DNA of 64,000 nucleotides from Amoebidium appalachense (GCA_963693365.1 CAVNZM010000003.1:4411106-4475105); one strand, 5' to 3'. Numbered from the stretch's first letter, positions 1 to 14,396 are shown. Notes: generated from the sequence alone by a model not told the origin. Numbers and translations are program-made.

Positions 1-38
<38 letters not shown>

Positions 39-95
39 GGGGGGGGGAGGGGGGGGGGGGGAGGAGGGGGGGAGGGAGGGAGGGGGGAAGTTTAC

Positions 96-249
96 CAGCA
101 AGCTGGCTTGTGAAGTCACATGTGTCGACATAGCATCCCTGCAGCAGGCGGGGATACCTCTCGTCAAACTGGGTGCGGGCATGCAGCACACGGTGGTTGT
201 CGAACACAACACAGTCACCCTGCCATGGAGATTTAGTGGGTTGGTCGGT

Positions 250-322
<73 letters not shown>

Positions 323-587
323 ACATGCATCCAGTGGGTATGATGGCATGCAAGCGAGTGAACGGAAAGATCCTACACACTGTGGGTTGCCACTATCCCT
401 ACCTTCCCTCTTTCTCCCTTACCATCCCGCCCTCTCCCCCCCCCTCCCTACACCACCACCACCACCACCACCACCACCCCCCCCCCCCCCCCCCCCCCAA
501 ACAAAAAACCCCTTCTTTCTCCCTTACATCCCCCTCCCCCAAAAAAAAACAAACAAAAAAAAATTGGATAATGTAATTGAGTGTCCG

Positions 588-621
<34 letters not shown>

Positions 622-1067
622 GGGGGGGGGGGTAATGAGTGAGCGAGAGAGTGATCGAGAGCGCAAGCCAAAAAGTGAGCGAGCGAGAGAGAGAGAGTGT
701 GTGTGTGTGCGTGTGTATGTGTGTGTTTGCTTAAAAGGGTTGACTACATACCGGGTCCATCCTGACAGCGAGCTCAGCGGCTGGGTCACGGCACATCTTG
801 GTGAACAGACGGTAGGCACGGTAGAAGTCAGTCATCAGCTCCACCGGTGCATCAAGGGACCCCTGAAAACAAAAATGTTAGAACAAGAATGGGGCGAAAT
901 GTGAGGCATACAGTAGGAGGAAAGATTCTCAGAACTGGTAACGAAAGGCGAAAATGGGGGAGGAAGATAAGAAAGAATGCAACATGGGTGGATTCGTTGT
1001 TGTTGTTGTTTGGACGGGAGGGGAGGGGAGGGGAAGGGAGGGGAGGGGAGGGGGCTGAGGGAGGGAG

Positions 1068-1101
<34 letters not shown>

Positions 1102-1194
1102 TGGGAGAACTAAAAGCCATACCTTACACGCACGCACCCATACCCCATACACAGGTGTGTAGAAACATACATATGCAAGTATTAACACGTGATC

Positions 1195-1247
<53 letters not shown>

Positions 1248-1888
1248 ACTCTCTCTCTCTCTCTCTCACCCTCCCCACTCCCACCCACCCACCCCTTCCA
1301 CTCCTTTTTTCTTTTCTTTCTAAAAAACCAATCCCCTACGTCAGGCACACACCTCCCATGATGGGGAGTAGTGCAGCTTGTCGAGAGATCCATCGCCGTG
1401 CAAAATGATGATCTTAAACATACACATGCAAATATTCACACGTACCCCCCCCCTCTTCCTCCCCCCCTCCCCCCCCTTTGCTTCCCCGACTTCCCCCCCT
1501 TCCCTCTTCATGTTTTTCCCGTCGCTAGCCATAACACACACCTCCCATGGTGGAGAATAGTGCAGCTTGTCGAGGGATCCATCGTCGTGCAGAGTGATAA
1601 TCTTGTGCTTAAACCGTCTGTGCTGTGTGGCAGTGCGGTAGTGGTAGGTCACAGGCACACGGCTAAGAATGTCAAAGGCTTCGGGCTCCTGCAAAACGAA
1701 AAGATGATGTTAGAAGAGGTGTAGAGGGGGGGGGGGGGGGGGGGAGGGGGGGGGGGGGGGGTTACAGAGTACACATTTAATGACGGACAACATGATGCAA
1801 GATATGCAAATAACAGACAACGAGCACCCCCCGGGTGGGGGGGGGGGGGGGGGGGGAGAGGGGGGGGGAGGGGGGGAATATCAATTCC

Positions 1889-1976
<88 letters not shown>

Positions 1977-2272
1977 CGCGCGCGCACGCGCACGCGCGAT
2001 TGTGTGTGCATGTCCATAAGCGCCAGTTTGAACTCCTTTCTTGTATAAATGCATCTGTGCGCATGCACATGCATGTGTATGTGTGTGAGCACGTGCACAC
2101 ACAATCACCCACCTTCGCCCTGAGCTGTGTAGCGACATGGAAGCCATCGACCAGCTGTGTGACCCCACCGGGTGCTGCCCTAAGACAGTGTAGGAGCTGC
2201 ACCCCGGGTGGGTTCTCAAAGTACCTGCACGGGCAATGAAAAAGTAAAAGGCCAGCCTGTCCGTCTCTCTCG

Positions 2273-2345
<73 letters not shown>

Positions 2346-2491
2346 CGTGTGTGTGCTAAACCTTGGGCCTGTGTGGTGGCTCTATTGAAGAGTGTTTGTG
2401 TAGAGAAGGACAGATGGCATTGGGACACGGGTGTGTTTCTTTCCTTTTGCACATCTCCTCCCCGCTGGGGGGGTTGCGGGTTGAAGCTTTT

Positions 2492-2522
<31 letters not shown>

Positions 2523-3001
2523 GGGGGAGGGTTTTAATGGGTCACAGAGTACGAAGTATGCACACGAGCCGGACAACAAGACCGCAGTGGGGAGGGGAGG
2601 GGGGGGGGGGGGGGGGGGGGGGGGAGGGGGGCAACAAACCTCAGGTCCTGGTGGAGGGGCAGTGCGAGGCTGCTAGAAGCAATGTTCGATGGGTTTGGGG
2701 TGTACTCCACCTCCCACGTCATGCCGTAGAACGTGTTGCGAAGGGGGCCCATGCGCTCGGCTACCTTGCGAACGTTGCCTGTGCACACAACAGCACCAAT
2801 AATACGTGTGAGTGGGCAAAATACGAAGGGATGAATTGTCAAACTATCCACCTTTGATAAATGGGATGATATGGCTGCAAAACAGAGGCAAGTGGGACCT
2901 AAATTATTCCCCCCTCCCCCCCTCCTCCTCCTCCTCCACCCCACCAGCTCTCTTCCCTCTCTTCCCCCCCCCCCCCCCCTACCCCATCACCCCCCCCCCC
3001 C

Positions 3002-3032
<31 letters not shown>

Positions 3033-3422
3033 AAAAAAAAAAAAACATCCACCAACCGCACCCACAGACGCTACCCATCACCACCACACCACACACACAC
3101 ACACACGATCTCTCTTTCTCTACCCCACGACACACACTACCCCAAGCCCGCCCTGAACAAGCGTCCATAGTAATAAAACAATAAAATAAAACAATTAAAA
3201 CCATCCACCCCACTGCTCACACAAGAAAGGAAAATAAGGGGGAAAAAAGAAAAAAACCAAAAAAAAAAAACCGTAACAGGCATTAACCCACCTAGTTTGT
3301 CTGGCATGTTACGGACAAAGAAGAAGCCCAGACGGTGAAGGCTCTCAAGGCTCTGGTGGTGGGTCATGAATATCAGAAATACCTTTATCGCTCCCCCCCC
3401 CCCCCCCCCCCTCCCCCCCCTC

Positions 3423-3466
<44 letters not shown>

Positions 3467-4808
3467 AGGGAAAAAGACCCCCACAAAAACACCGTACCAG
3501 CCAGTAGAGTGCCCCAAATGCACAACCATCAAAAAGGACAATATTATCACCCCGGCAGCTCATTCAGCAATTTCCCATCCCACCCTGCATCCATTCCCCC
3601 CCCCCCCCCCCCCCTCCCCCCCCCCCCTTTCAACACACACATATGCACACACACACAACCCCTCCCCCCCCCCCCCCCCACCCCCGGCCCGCCCTCGGGC
3701 ACTTCCTGTGCCCCACCACCGCCCACCGCCACAGCAACGACTCCTACACATGCATCTACTCTACCACCCCCCCCCCCTCCCTCCCACCCACCCACACACT
3801 CACTCTCACCTCTACCCACCCATCCACACACCCTCACCCCTGCCCAACCACGCCCACCCACCCACCCACACCCACCACCAACCTACCCTATGCAGGGCCT
3901 TGTCGCTGGAAGTGAAGTCTGCAAACTGCACGTCGGGTATGTCTGCCTTCAGGCTGCCGTTCCAAAGCATCTGCTTGCCTGCACGGCGCTCCTGTGTGGG
4001 ATAAAAAGCTCGTTCGTTCAGCACAGGCAGCTTATGGTGTGGTTGTGGAAGGCTAGGAAATTCGGCAAGTAGAGAGACCTAGTTCTCACCGTATCTGTTT
4101 AATGTCATAGTCTTTCGCTGCCTCCTTTAGTTAACTGGTGGATACGTGGTCCCGGGAGCCTACCTTACCAACACTATGGACTGAGTTCATTGTGCAAACA
4201 TGGCAGGTGAAAATTGAATTGGCATGTTGTGTGTGAGGGAGGTTGGCTGGGAAAACCAAAATGAAACAATGGTGGACCATTGGAAATCAGATGGAAAAAG
4301 GCGCATAAGTGAGGGGACCTTGCTAAGAAGAGGGAGAAGGAGGAGAAGAGGGGGAGGAGGGGGGAGGGGAGGGGGGAGGCAAGAGGATTGAGAGAATGTG
4401 GCTTTCATGTGGATGAAATATGATAATGTGTCTGTGTGTGTGTGGGTGGGTGTTTCTGTGTATTTCTCTTCGCATTTCCGTTTTGAGAGCTTTTTGCGGT
4501 GGGATAGGTGGGGAGTGGGGGAGGGGGGAGGGGGGAGGGGGGGGGGGGGAGGGGGGGAGGAAGGGGGGCTTTTACGTCGTGCAGACCCACACGGAGGGAG
4601 CGGCAGTGGGAGCGCAACCAGTGAAGGTTATACTGACTCACATGGGTGTGCCTGCAGAGAAAGACGATACGTGTTGATACCGAATGGCATATTTCAGGAA
4701 ACCGGGACAAAAAGATCCAAAAAACTTGAAAGGAACAAATCAAAGGAGGTAGGGATAGTGGTGATGGTGGAGGCACCTGTTTGTCTTTTCCTTACATCCT
4801 TCCAAGAG

Positions 4809-4886
<78 letters not shown>

Positions 4887-5828
4887 GTGCGTGTGTGTGC
4901 GTGTGTGTGTGTGTGTGTCTGTGTGTGTGTGTGCGCGCGTGCGCCCCTGTGTAGCCCCCCGAGTGGGGTGAGGGGTTATGTTCGATATGCAACACACAAT
5001 GTAACGGAACACAGCAGAAACTGCTGTGTAACAATGGAAAACCCAACACATAACAACACAGTGAGTGCAGCTGGAGTGTACACACACGTTTCTTTTTCTT
5101 TTCTTTTCTCCCTTTTTCCTTTTTTATTTTTTTTTTGAAGGGGGGGGGGGGGGGGGGGTTATGCCATACCCATTCTCAGCCCACTCAATGGTTACAGCGC
5201 TGTCGTCTACCATCGGCTCATGTGCTGGCTGACAAACCTCTGGCAAGTCCGCAACACACACTAGCTGCACGAGAAAATATCTGTGAGCGACTGCATTTTC
5301 CCGTTTGATCGAAAAAAAGGCTGGAGCATAGAACGTAACTGAACCTCTTTACTTCAATACCCCTCACATGACTACACACACACACTCCACAGAGCCCTCT
5401 GTGTCGTCTTCTCTCTTTCTACTTCTTCTCCCTGCGCGGCTCGTAACTCCCTCCCCCTTTCTCTCTCCCTCTCTCTCTTCTCTCTCTCTCCCCCTCTTCC
5501 ACCCCTTCAAAAAAAAATTTTTAAAACACCAGCCTACCTGTTCCTCCACCATCCCTCACTCCATCCCTCGGGTACCACAAAGTCACATTGTCGTGCACGT
5601 TCAATAATCATGAAGAGTCTTCACATTTTAGTTTCTGATTGAAACGTCCGACCTCTAAGAGGTTAAAACGTGAACTAATTGAAGCAAAAGTTAATTCCTC
5701 CCCCCTCCCCCCCCCCCCCCCCCCCCCCCCCCCTCCCCCCCCCCCCCCCCCCCCCGTCCCCCCCCCTCCCCTTCCCCCACCTCTTTTCCTTCCCTCCTCC
5801 CCATCCCTTCCCCATCCCTTCCCCCACC

Positions 5829-5869
<41 letters not shown>

Positions 5870-5960
5870 GCTACCTTCTGCTTGGACTCTGGGTGGCAGC
5901 AGTTTGGGCAAGTGCAGTTGTCCCGCAGCCACGTGGTGTGGTATTTGCTTACGTGCCCGT

Positions 5961-6003
<43 letters not shown>

Positions 6004-8438
6004 TTATATGTGAGTGTGGGTGGGTGGGTGAGCATAGTATATGTGGGTGCGTGCACGTGGGGTTAGTGTGTGGTGTGTGAGGGTATATGTAAGGTGTGTG
6101 TGTGTGTGTATGCATGTATCGTGTTCAGGTACACCGTCGTGCGTGTGTATGTGTTTGTGTGCATGTGCGTGTATAGTGTAAGTGGCTGAATCCGTGTGTG
6201 TGTGTTTCGGGGGGGAAGGGGGGACGTGTGTAAGTGTACGTGTGCGCGTGTCGTCTGCCTGTGTATGCGCGTGTCGTCTGCCTATGTGTATATGTGCATT
6301 TTAAGTAGATTTGAATGGATATTGATGTGCTTGTGTTTAGAGAGGGTGGGGCGGGGGGGGGGGGGGGGGGGGGGGGGGGGGTGCTGGAGAGGAAGGGGGG
6401 GGGGGGGGGGGCTGCCAAGAGGCCGCCAAGAGGGGGGGGGGGGGGGGGAGGAGACGAGACACTCGAGTATGGCACGACATTAGCGCGACCGTGGCTAAGT
6501 GGTCAAGGCGCTCGGACGTTGTGGTCCTTGAGTATGCTGGTTCGATCCTGGCCCTCCCCAACTTTCAAATGGGTTTTTGGTTTTCTAAGCCGTGACGTCA
6601 CGAACTGCACTGGCCTCTCTGACGTCATCTCGATAGTGCGCTACGGAGGTTTTTCATCCGACCCATCCGGTGGATCGAGCAGTCGTAGTTCCGGGCCAAG
6701 ATCTGCGATGGCCTCTCTGGGCACGGTCTTCCTCCGGCCTGGCGCACGGGCCACGGTGTCAAGCCAAGGTGTCACCACGTTAACAAGGGGTCCCCGGCAA
6801 AACAGGCAGTTGATTCCCGCCGCAGCACTAATCATTGGGGCCCATGCGATTGCAAATTTGACCTCGATCTAGGCATCATCTCCTTCGGCCCCCACGCGCG
6901 CAGCATGGCACAGCACCCCTCGTCAGGGTGCTTGGCCGATCTCGTCGCAAAAATCATTCGATCATCCTCTACCATACGGCATGTGATGGGTGCGCCTTCG
7001 GCGCGCAGCTCTCGGGGGGGGGGGCCTGGCGTCGGGCCGTGGGGGGTGCGGCGCGCCGTGTAGAGCCGGAAACGGGTCGGGTTGGCGGTGGGGCCGACCC
7101 GAGGTTGCTAGGATGTGAGTGACCGGATCTGCGCCGTCAACTGCTATTGATACCTAGTGATTGGAAGGGCTTGAATCTAAATTGGGTTTCTGGTGAAGTT
7201 GCTAAGGTTGGGCCAATAGCCTGTAGCCAATAGCTCTTAAGTTACATGCCGTGGCATGGTTTGTGATGCCCCCTGGATAATCAGTACCGTCTGTTATGGC
7301 GTGACCAGGGTCCGATCGGCAGAGTGTAGGGGAGTTGTACCGCGGTGATCACATTCTGTACATCCGACTTATAGGCTTCGGGGCGGTTGTCGCGCAATGG
7401 GCTTGAAGCCGAGGGCTAAACCAATAAAATAAAAATAAAATAAAAGTATGGCACGACTCTAACATGTAAGAACCTAGCGACATGTTGCCTAAAACACATC
7501 CTATCACACCACTATCTCCTCCACAAACTCCCTTTGCCCCATCCTTTCACTTACTGCACACGAACCTGTAAAACTACTCTTACTGGCCCTCCTGTCCCAG
7601 CATTTTTTAATTACTGCACATTCATCTATCCCAGTTCGCTAATTGGCTCTCCTATCCCGGCACTCTTTCTTCCCTCCCTCTTCGGAGATTTTTCATAATC
7701 TGTTCACAAGCTAATCTTCCCGGCACGTCACCAACATTATTCCTGTGCTTGATACCCCAGACACATGAAGTGTATTTCGACGTCTGGACTTTGTATGGTG
7801 CTTACCTGCCAAGCAACATGCAATATCTTGCCATCAATGCTGATGTGGTCCACGCCGTCGTCATCGTGCTCCTGCAACACGTAAAAGTCAATTAGTGGGA
7901 AGTCTTAATAAGCTAGCATTTCACGCTAGCCCTTTGCCGATAGGAACACTTTCCCACCTGAGCTAATCATGGTCATACGCTTTATTCACCGTTAACACTA
8001 ACATTTTAATTACAATACCAACAACTTCAATTCAGCAATTACCATCGCACTAGCAGCAGATGAGCGCTGTCTGCTTTGAAGAACAACATTTGGTCCTGCT
8101 GTTGGTTTCACACCGGGCCTCAGGGCCATGGAGGCAACTCTCCTGACGTTTTCCTTCTGCATGAGAGCGTTCGCAATGGCTGCAGAAGCTCCAGACACCT
8201 ATAACCACCATGGGAATTATGATTAGCAACGGCAACATGAAAAAGGACAAGAAAACAGACCTTCTGTGACAGAGTCACCAACAGCCGAAACGGCCTTCGG
8301 CTAACTGACGGAAACAGTAAAGTTGAGGGGAAAGCATTGCAACCCGAAAAACCAGTATTGTTGTTCTCAGAGCATCTCTTCACTTGCCTTGGTGGTGCTG
8401 CCAAGAAAGCCCTTTAGGGTCCTCGTTAGTGCAGACAT
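96..8438 (-). CDS. BBOX1: Gamma-butyrobetaine/trimethyllysine dioxygenase family protein (BBOX1/TMLHE-like, Fe(II)/2-oxoglutarate TauD fold), multi-exon, 3' end beyond the window start
   Basis: Phase-consistent GT-AG exons (minus): 8438-8384, 8304-8261, 8198-8043, 7871-7806, 5961-5875, 5264-5170, 4651-4576, 4078-3887, 3352-3292, 2778-2640, 2224-2113, 1688-1542, 862-752, 219-96. Motifs: [23 protein letters not shown] (N-terminal Zn site), TFYG, iron-binding HQD followed by [13 protein letters not shown], and [24 protein letters not shown]. The basic Ser/Ala-rich N-terminus resembles a mitochondrial presequence. The first two exons and the BBOX1 vs TMLHE assignment are less certain. Confidence 0.9.
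6479..7444 (+). mobile_element. tRNA-derived SINE (~970 bp) in a dioxygenase intron, antisense to the host gene
   Basis: 13-bp direct repeat AGTATGGCACGAC at 6466-6478 and 7445-7457 (TSD). Head has a Pol III A box TGGCTAAGTGG and B box GGTTCGATCC in a Leu/Ser-tRNA-like context (GTGGCTAAGTGGTCAAGGCGC). Ends in a (TAAAA)n tail. Confidence 0.8.
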
Positions 8439-10203
8439 TCTCGAACTGTTTTAGGGTTAACTGATTCTGCTCTGTTGTACCACCTAATGTTAGTTTATCC
8501 CCTCTCTCTCTCACAAATACACTCTCTTCTATGCCTTTTTCTCCCAACCAGAAACACTATTGCTGCTTTACAAACACCACTGAATAGAAAAACGATCTCG
8601 GTCGCAAAATGTGGCACAAAAGGAAGCTTTGAGAGCTTGGCGGAACTGAGCTTTCCAGACACACGGACTCAGATGTCTCGGTGACTGAACGGCATCCGCG
8701 CGCTTTTTAGTCGGCGAATAATTCCTTTTTGGATTGATTGGTTGCCGATTTATAATTGGTGTTCTAAAAAGAAAAGCCGATTCCTGTGTTACAATTAGTT
8801 GTATGTCACGGTATTGCAAATCCGTTTATTCAGATGATACCTCAGGAGCCTCACTAACATGGGGTGGCACTGGTAGCCAGCACACAACGGCTTGTTGTAT
8901 AGAGAGCTGAAGGAGAAAGGAAAAGACAATAACAGTTAGAAGCAATGTTTAGTTTTCGATTTGAAAGAAGTGGTTTTTGACAGGTTTTACATTATTTTTC
9001 AGTGTTGCAAAGCTGTGACCCACCTAAGAATAGATAGATTCCCTTGGCGTCACATGACTGAGCACGGCAACCAATCGCCGCCCAAGAGGCCAATCGGCTG
9101 GTATTTCACGTGAAGGAGGTCTCGGTGCTCAGTTCGTTGATTATGTCGACATCAAAGCTTCAAATATCAAGATTTGGGCGATATTTGTGTTTTATTTTGA
9201 ATGCTAATGATTTTATATATATTTAATATTTACCGGATAGCTACATGTATAGTAGCTGTTTGAGCCATATGCTGCAAAAGCAAGACCTGAAAAGATTTGA
9301 CTGAATGAGGCCTATTTGTTGACGAAATATGATTGGGTAAGTAAGTATCATTAGTACGTCACGAAACCGGGTCACATAAGCTGTCGCCCTACACTCTAAT
9401 ACTTTGATATTCCTCATCGATTTTTGAGATATTTAAATATCTCGTCTCTGACTCTGATTTTTTATCAGAGCAATCTAGTATGGTCAAAATATGTGTAGCA
9501 ACTCCACAGGCATACATTTTAGGATTTATATAAGAAAAAATACAACCCAGGACTCAATCGCACAAAAATACCCTATCAGCTACTGTTACAGTAGAAACTT
9601 ACCATCCATGTCCGATCGTGCTGTGGCTCCCTGCCATCAATAATGTGGCGATTGCAATCATCAGTTTGAAACTGACATTAAAAATTAAACAAATTCGAAT
9701 AAATCCAGGCAAAAGAAAATTTCATCCATCTGGATATAACAAAATTGTTGAGCAGAGGATGCAAAATTTAGGGGGTGTGAGCCACTACTGGTTCTTTATT
9801 GGTCCACCTCGCACCGCTCCTTCAAGCTGATTGGGAAACGTGAGATCGCCCAAATTCAGCCAGACGCGGGGCGTGAGCTGGGGTCAGCCTCGGAATCCGG
9901 AGTCATTCAGTACTGTGACAGATATCGTGATATGTAGAAAGCAGTCGAGAGAAGATCGAGTCGGCTACAGAGAGAGAAAGAGGGGGAGGGGGAGAGGGGG
10001 GGGGGGGGGGGGGAGGGGGAGAAGGAGGGGGAGGGGAGGGGGGAGGGGAAGGGGGAGGGGGAGGGTGGGGGGGAAAGAGGGAGTGAGAGAGAGAGAGATC
10101 GGATAGGGAAAGGGAGAGGGAAAGGGATAGAGATAAGAGAGGTACAGAAAGAGAAAAGCGACAGAGAGAGGGAGGGGGGGCGGGGAGAGAGAGGGGGGGG
10201 AGG

Positions 10204-10279
<76 letters not shown>

Positions 10280-10631
10280 CAGAGAGAGGGGAGAGGGGGG
10301 GGGGGGGGGGGGGGGAAGAGAGAGAGAGAGAGAGAGGGATTGAGAGTATGTGCGGGCGTGTGCCCATACCAGAATGACAGTAAACGGTGAAGTGAATGAA
10401 TTTGAGTAGTTTAACTCTAAATCATTGGCAAAGACAACGAAAAAGAAAACCGTATAAGAGTTGCGGCAGCTGAGCCATGAGAAACAAGTGGAGGTGTGTG
10501 TGGCATGCTGGGGACATGGGGTGGGGAGGGGGTGGGGAGGGGGGGGGGGGGGGGGGGGAGAGAGAGGGACTCAGCGGAATGGAGGGTTTGGGTTGGGGAG
10601 CTAGGGGAGGGGGAGGGGGGAGGGGGAGGGG

Positions 10632-10677
<46 letters not shown>

Positions 10678-10961
10678 AGTGGAGCCACACATAGCCAGCC
10701 GCCAAACAACCCTGAATCCTTTAATACTACTTGTGGGTGAGGAAAAACAGATTTGGGGAGTGACTGTTGTGGGTGCCGGGAGAACGAAGAATGTGGGTCT
10801 CTGGGTGATGGGCAGAATCGTTGGCATGAAGACAATTGATGTTAGCAAGGCACAATACTTAGGGAGGTTGACAGGTGTCCATTTGTCGGAGATCCACCGC
10901 AACAACCTGTAACTTCGTGGGAGAGGGGCTGTGTGTCACCGTCTGGGTGGTGTGTCTGTGT

Positions 10962-10992
<31 letters not shown>

Positions 10993-11050
10993 ATATGTAG
11001 CTACATCTGAGATGTGCGTGCGTTGCTTGTGTTATGTTTTGTACGCGCGC

Positions 11051-11098
<48 letters not shown>

Positions 11099-11244
11099 AC
11101 GTGCTATATTTGTGTTGTGCGATGATGGTGGGCACGGGGGATAGGACAGGTGAGGGGCCGGGGGGGGGAGGGGGGGGGGGGCTTTAAAAAGGCTATACAC
11201 TAGACCTGTCTCTCGCTGCTCTCTCTCACCTTTAGCTCTCTCTC

Positions 11245-11306
<62 letters not shown>

Positions 11307-12715
11307 GTGTCTCTTTCTCCCTCTCTCTGTGTGTGTGTGTCTGTGTGTGTCTGTGTGTGTCTTTCTCTCACTCCCTCACTCTCCCAAACCCACCCACCCA
11401 CCCATCCACTCACACATACACACACGCTCACACACACACGACAATACACACACACACACACCTTCTTATCAAGCTTTGAACACGGAGAGAATGTGTTTGC
11501 GATTGGGATAGAGGGGGTGTTGAGAAGTGGGGTGGGGGTGGGGGGGGGGGGGGGGGGGGGGGGGGGGAAGGAGGGGAGGGGGGAGGTGCTGGTGGATATT
11601 GATGCGATTCCAGCGCTTTGCATGCAAAACGAATAAAGTGTTTTAGCTGGATTATCTCAGCACAGTATTTCACATTGATGCCGATGGAATGTGCATGGAC
11701 GGGCGCATACTGGGAGAGTGTGCGCATAGAGACAAAACGACCTGAGTTCAAAACAGAGAATTAAATTACTCTGATGAGGGAATGGGCGGGTGTGGCAATG
11801 GGTTGGGGCTAGGGAACGCCGGGGGGGGGGGGGGGGGGGGGGGGGTGGCAATGGGTTGGGGCTAGGGAACGCCGGGGGGGGGGGGGGGGGGGGGGGAGGG
11901 AGGGGGGGGGGGGGGGGGGGGGGGGGGGCAGGAGCGGAGGGGTTAGTTGGCTGGTTGGATCCGGAGAGAATGGCGGGGGAAGTGGGTGGGTGGGGAGGTA
12001 GGTGGTAATACCGGTAATGATTTTCAGGACTTCCCAATTGATAATTAAGCAAATCAAAGCAGGGCTGGTACTCGGGGTCGGAGGGGCGTGTGCAGAGGAA
12101 GGGGGGGGGAGGGGGGGGGGGGAGGCGGGAGGGAGGGAGGGGGGGGGGGGGGGGGGGGGGGCAGCTGAACATCTTCATGTCAATTTTGGTATTCAAAGGG
12201 ATCCGGACATCTCTTCACTATCCCTTCTATCTCCCTCCCTCCTGCAACCCCAAGCATCCCCCCCCCCCCCCCCCCCCCCCCTCTCCCTCCCCCCGTGCCT
12301 CTGCCTTCCACACATGACAACTTTATATGCTTCCTGCCAGTGGTTTGGGTCGCTCCCTCATCGCCAATTGGAAACACCAACTCAACTCGCCAATTTTTCT
12401 TTTCACGAATGAATCCAATGTGATGGGCAAAGGCAAAGGGGTTGTGTTTGTCCGTCCCGTCCCTCAAACTTAATGTCAAAGACAAATTTGAGCTTATATA
12501 TATATATTAAGAACGTGTGATAGGGGCTCAGATGATGTTAAAAAAAAAAAAGATAATGTACAATTTGGGTTGTACGCGGCGTGTTTGGAATTTTTTCCTT
12601 AATTTTGGGGCGCTGCGGGGGAGACGGAGGTTGGGTGGTTATGACGGGGATTGGGGTGGGATATCTGCCGTGTATCAACGGAGAGAGAGAGATGGTGGTG
12701 GTGGTTTGCAATGTC

Positions 12716-12779
<64 letters not shown>

Positions 12780-13470
12780 GTGTGTGGTGTGTGCTTGCTG
12801 TGTGGTTTTTGGTTTGTTTGTTTGGTTGTTTGTTTCAAGTTGTTTGCCACCAACTTGTTACTTTTTGGGTTGGGGGGGGGGGGGGGGGGGGGGGGGAGGG
12901 GGGGGGGGGGGGGGGGAGCTGGTGCGGGGGACGGTGGGGGGACGGTGAGAGGGGGGTTGCTCGAAACAGGGGGGAGGGGGGAGGGGGGGAGTGATCGAAA
13001 CGTTTGATGAAGCAGCGGGAACTTGCAACAGGAGCCAGTGAATGAAAGAAAAGAGTCTTAATGATTGCTGTTGAAACGGGCATGGGGTGGGTGTTGGGGG
13101 CGAGGGGAGAAGAGCATGTTTCAAACGAAAAGGCTCCCGTGGGGTGGCGGGGTGGATAGGTAGGTGGCGGGGGGAGGGGGGGGGGGGGGGGGGGGGGGAG
13201 GGGGGTAGGATTAGTACGTGTGTTAACTTTGTAGATCATAATATATCCAACATGATACTGTGCTTACCGAAACGCACCTGCCAAGCCGTACTTAAACTTG
13301 TGCAATAACCGGGTTCTGATCAATGATTTGTAAACAGTGGTCCGAGAGAGTTTTTTCTTCTGGGGGCAGGGGAGGTTATGGTAGTAGTGGTTGCGGGCAC
13401 GCGTGTGCACACGTGTGCGTATGTTTGTGTGTGGCCATGTACGCGTGCGCTGGCACGCGCGCGTGTGTGT

Positions 13471-13501
<31 letters not shown>

Positions 13502-14176
13502 GGGGAGGGAGGGGGGGGGGAGGGGGGGGGGGGGAGGGGGGTATGAGCAAAGGTCACGTCCTTCTGAGTTTTGTATTGGTGTGCAGAGATAACGTCACGT
13601 GTGCTTTTCCGGCTGTAGTTTGAACCGTTATATCTCTCAAGCTTTAGGGAAATGGGGTATAGTTAATTGTTCGGTTATGTAATTAATGAATTGTCATGGC
13701 ATAACCGAGGTAATGGAGCTTTTCTTTTCTTTTTTCAAGTTTTTTTTCCCTGGGGGGAGGAGGGGGGGGAGGGGGGGGGGGGGGGGGGGGGGCACTAACT
13801 CGATGATTGGCTGAAATATCTAGCAATATTCCTGTCGCAGTCTTGCAAAAGAAGATTTGCTCCGTGTCAATTTTCAGTACATAGCTCGAGAAGGTGCTTC
13901 TGAGTTGTGAATCTTTGTTAAGCACTCTTGTTTCTGCTAATCTAAAACTAGAAACCATCATCAGAACGAATTGCAGCATGTCAAGTCGGATTTAGAAAGG
14001 GCACTCGGAATTTGATTCTGGATCCTCTAGTGTATACGAGACAATGACTTATTATCGGACAGAAAGATACGCCGTGTCATGCCTTTGAAAAGCATTATGG
14101 TTGACTTTTCTTTTCTTTTTTTTTTTTTTTTCAAAGTTTTTTTCCGCCCCACACGCGCAGTGTCGGGGAAGGGGGA

Positions 14177-14258
<82 letters not shown>

Positions 14259-14396
14259 GAGTGGGGGGGGGGGGGGGGGGGGGTGAATGGAACCAAAATT
14301 TCGTTTTTTGGTTTGGAGCTGTGGCCGCCGCTTAAGTCTGGCTTTTGCTGCATATTGCCGAAGTTTTGTATGGCTTGAAGGGGACCGAGAGGATTG

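Noticed and set aside
6479-6560. Functional tRNA-Leu/Ser gene
   Set aside because: A and B boxes are present, but the acceptor and anticodon stems do not pair properly, and it heads a TSD-flanked insert.
6315-6872. 185-aa ORF
   Set aside because: Runs from poly-G into the SINE body, with no motif.
9426-9443. 18-bp palindrome GAGATATTTAAATATCTC as part of a TIR element
   Set aside because: No element termini or TSD could be delimited.
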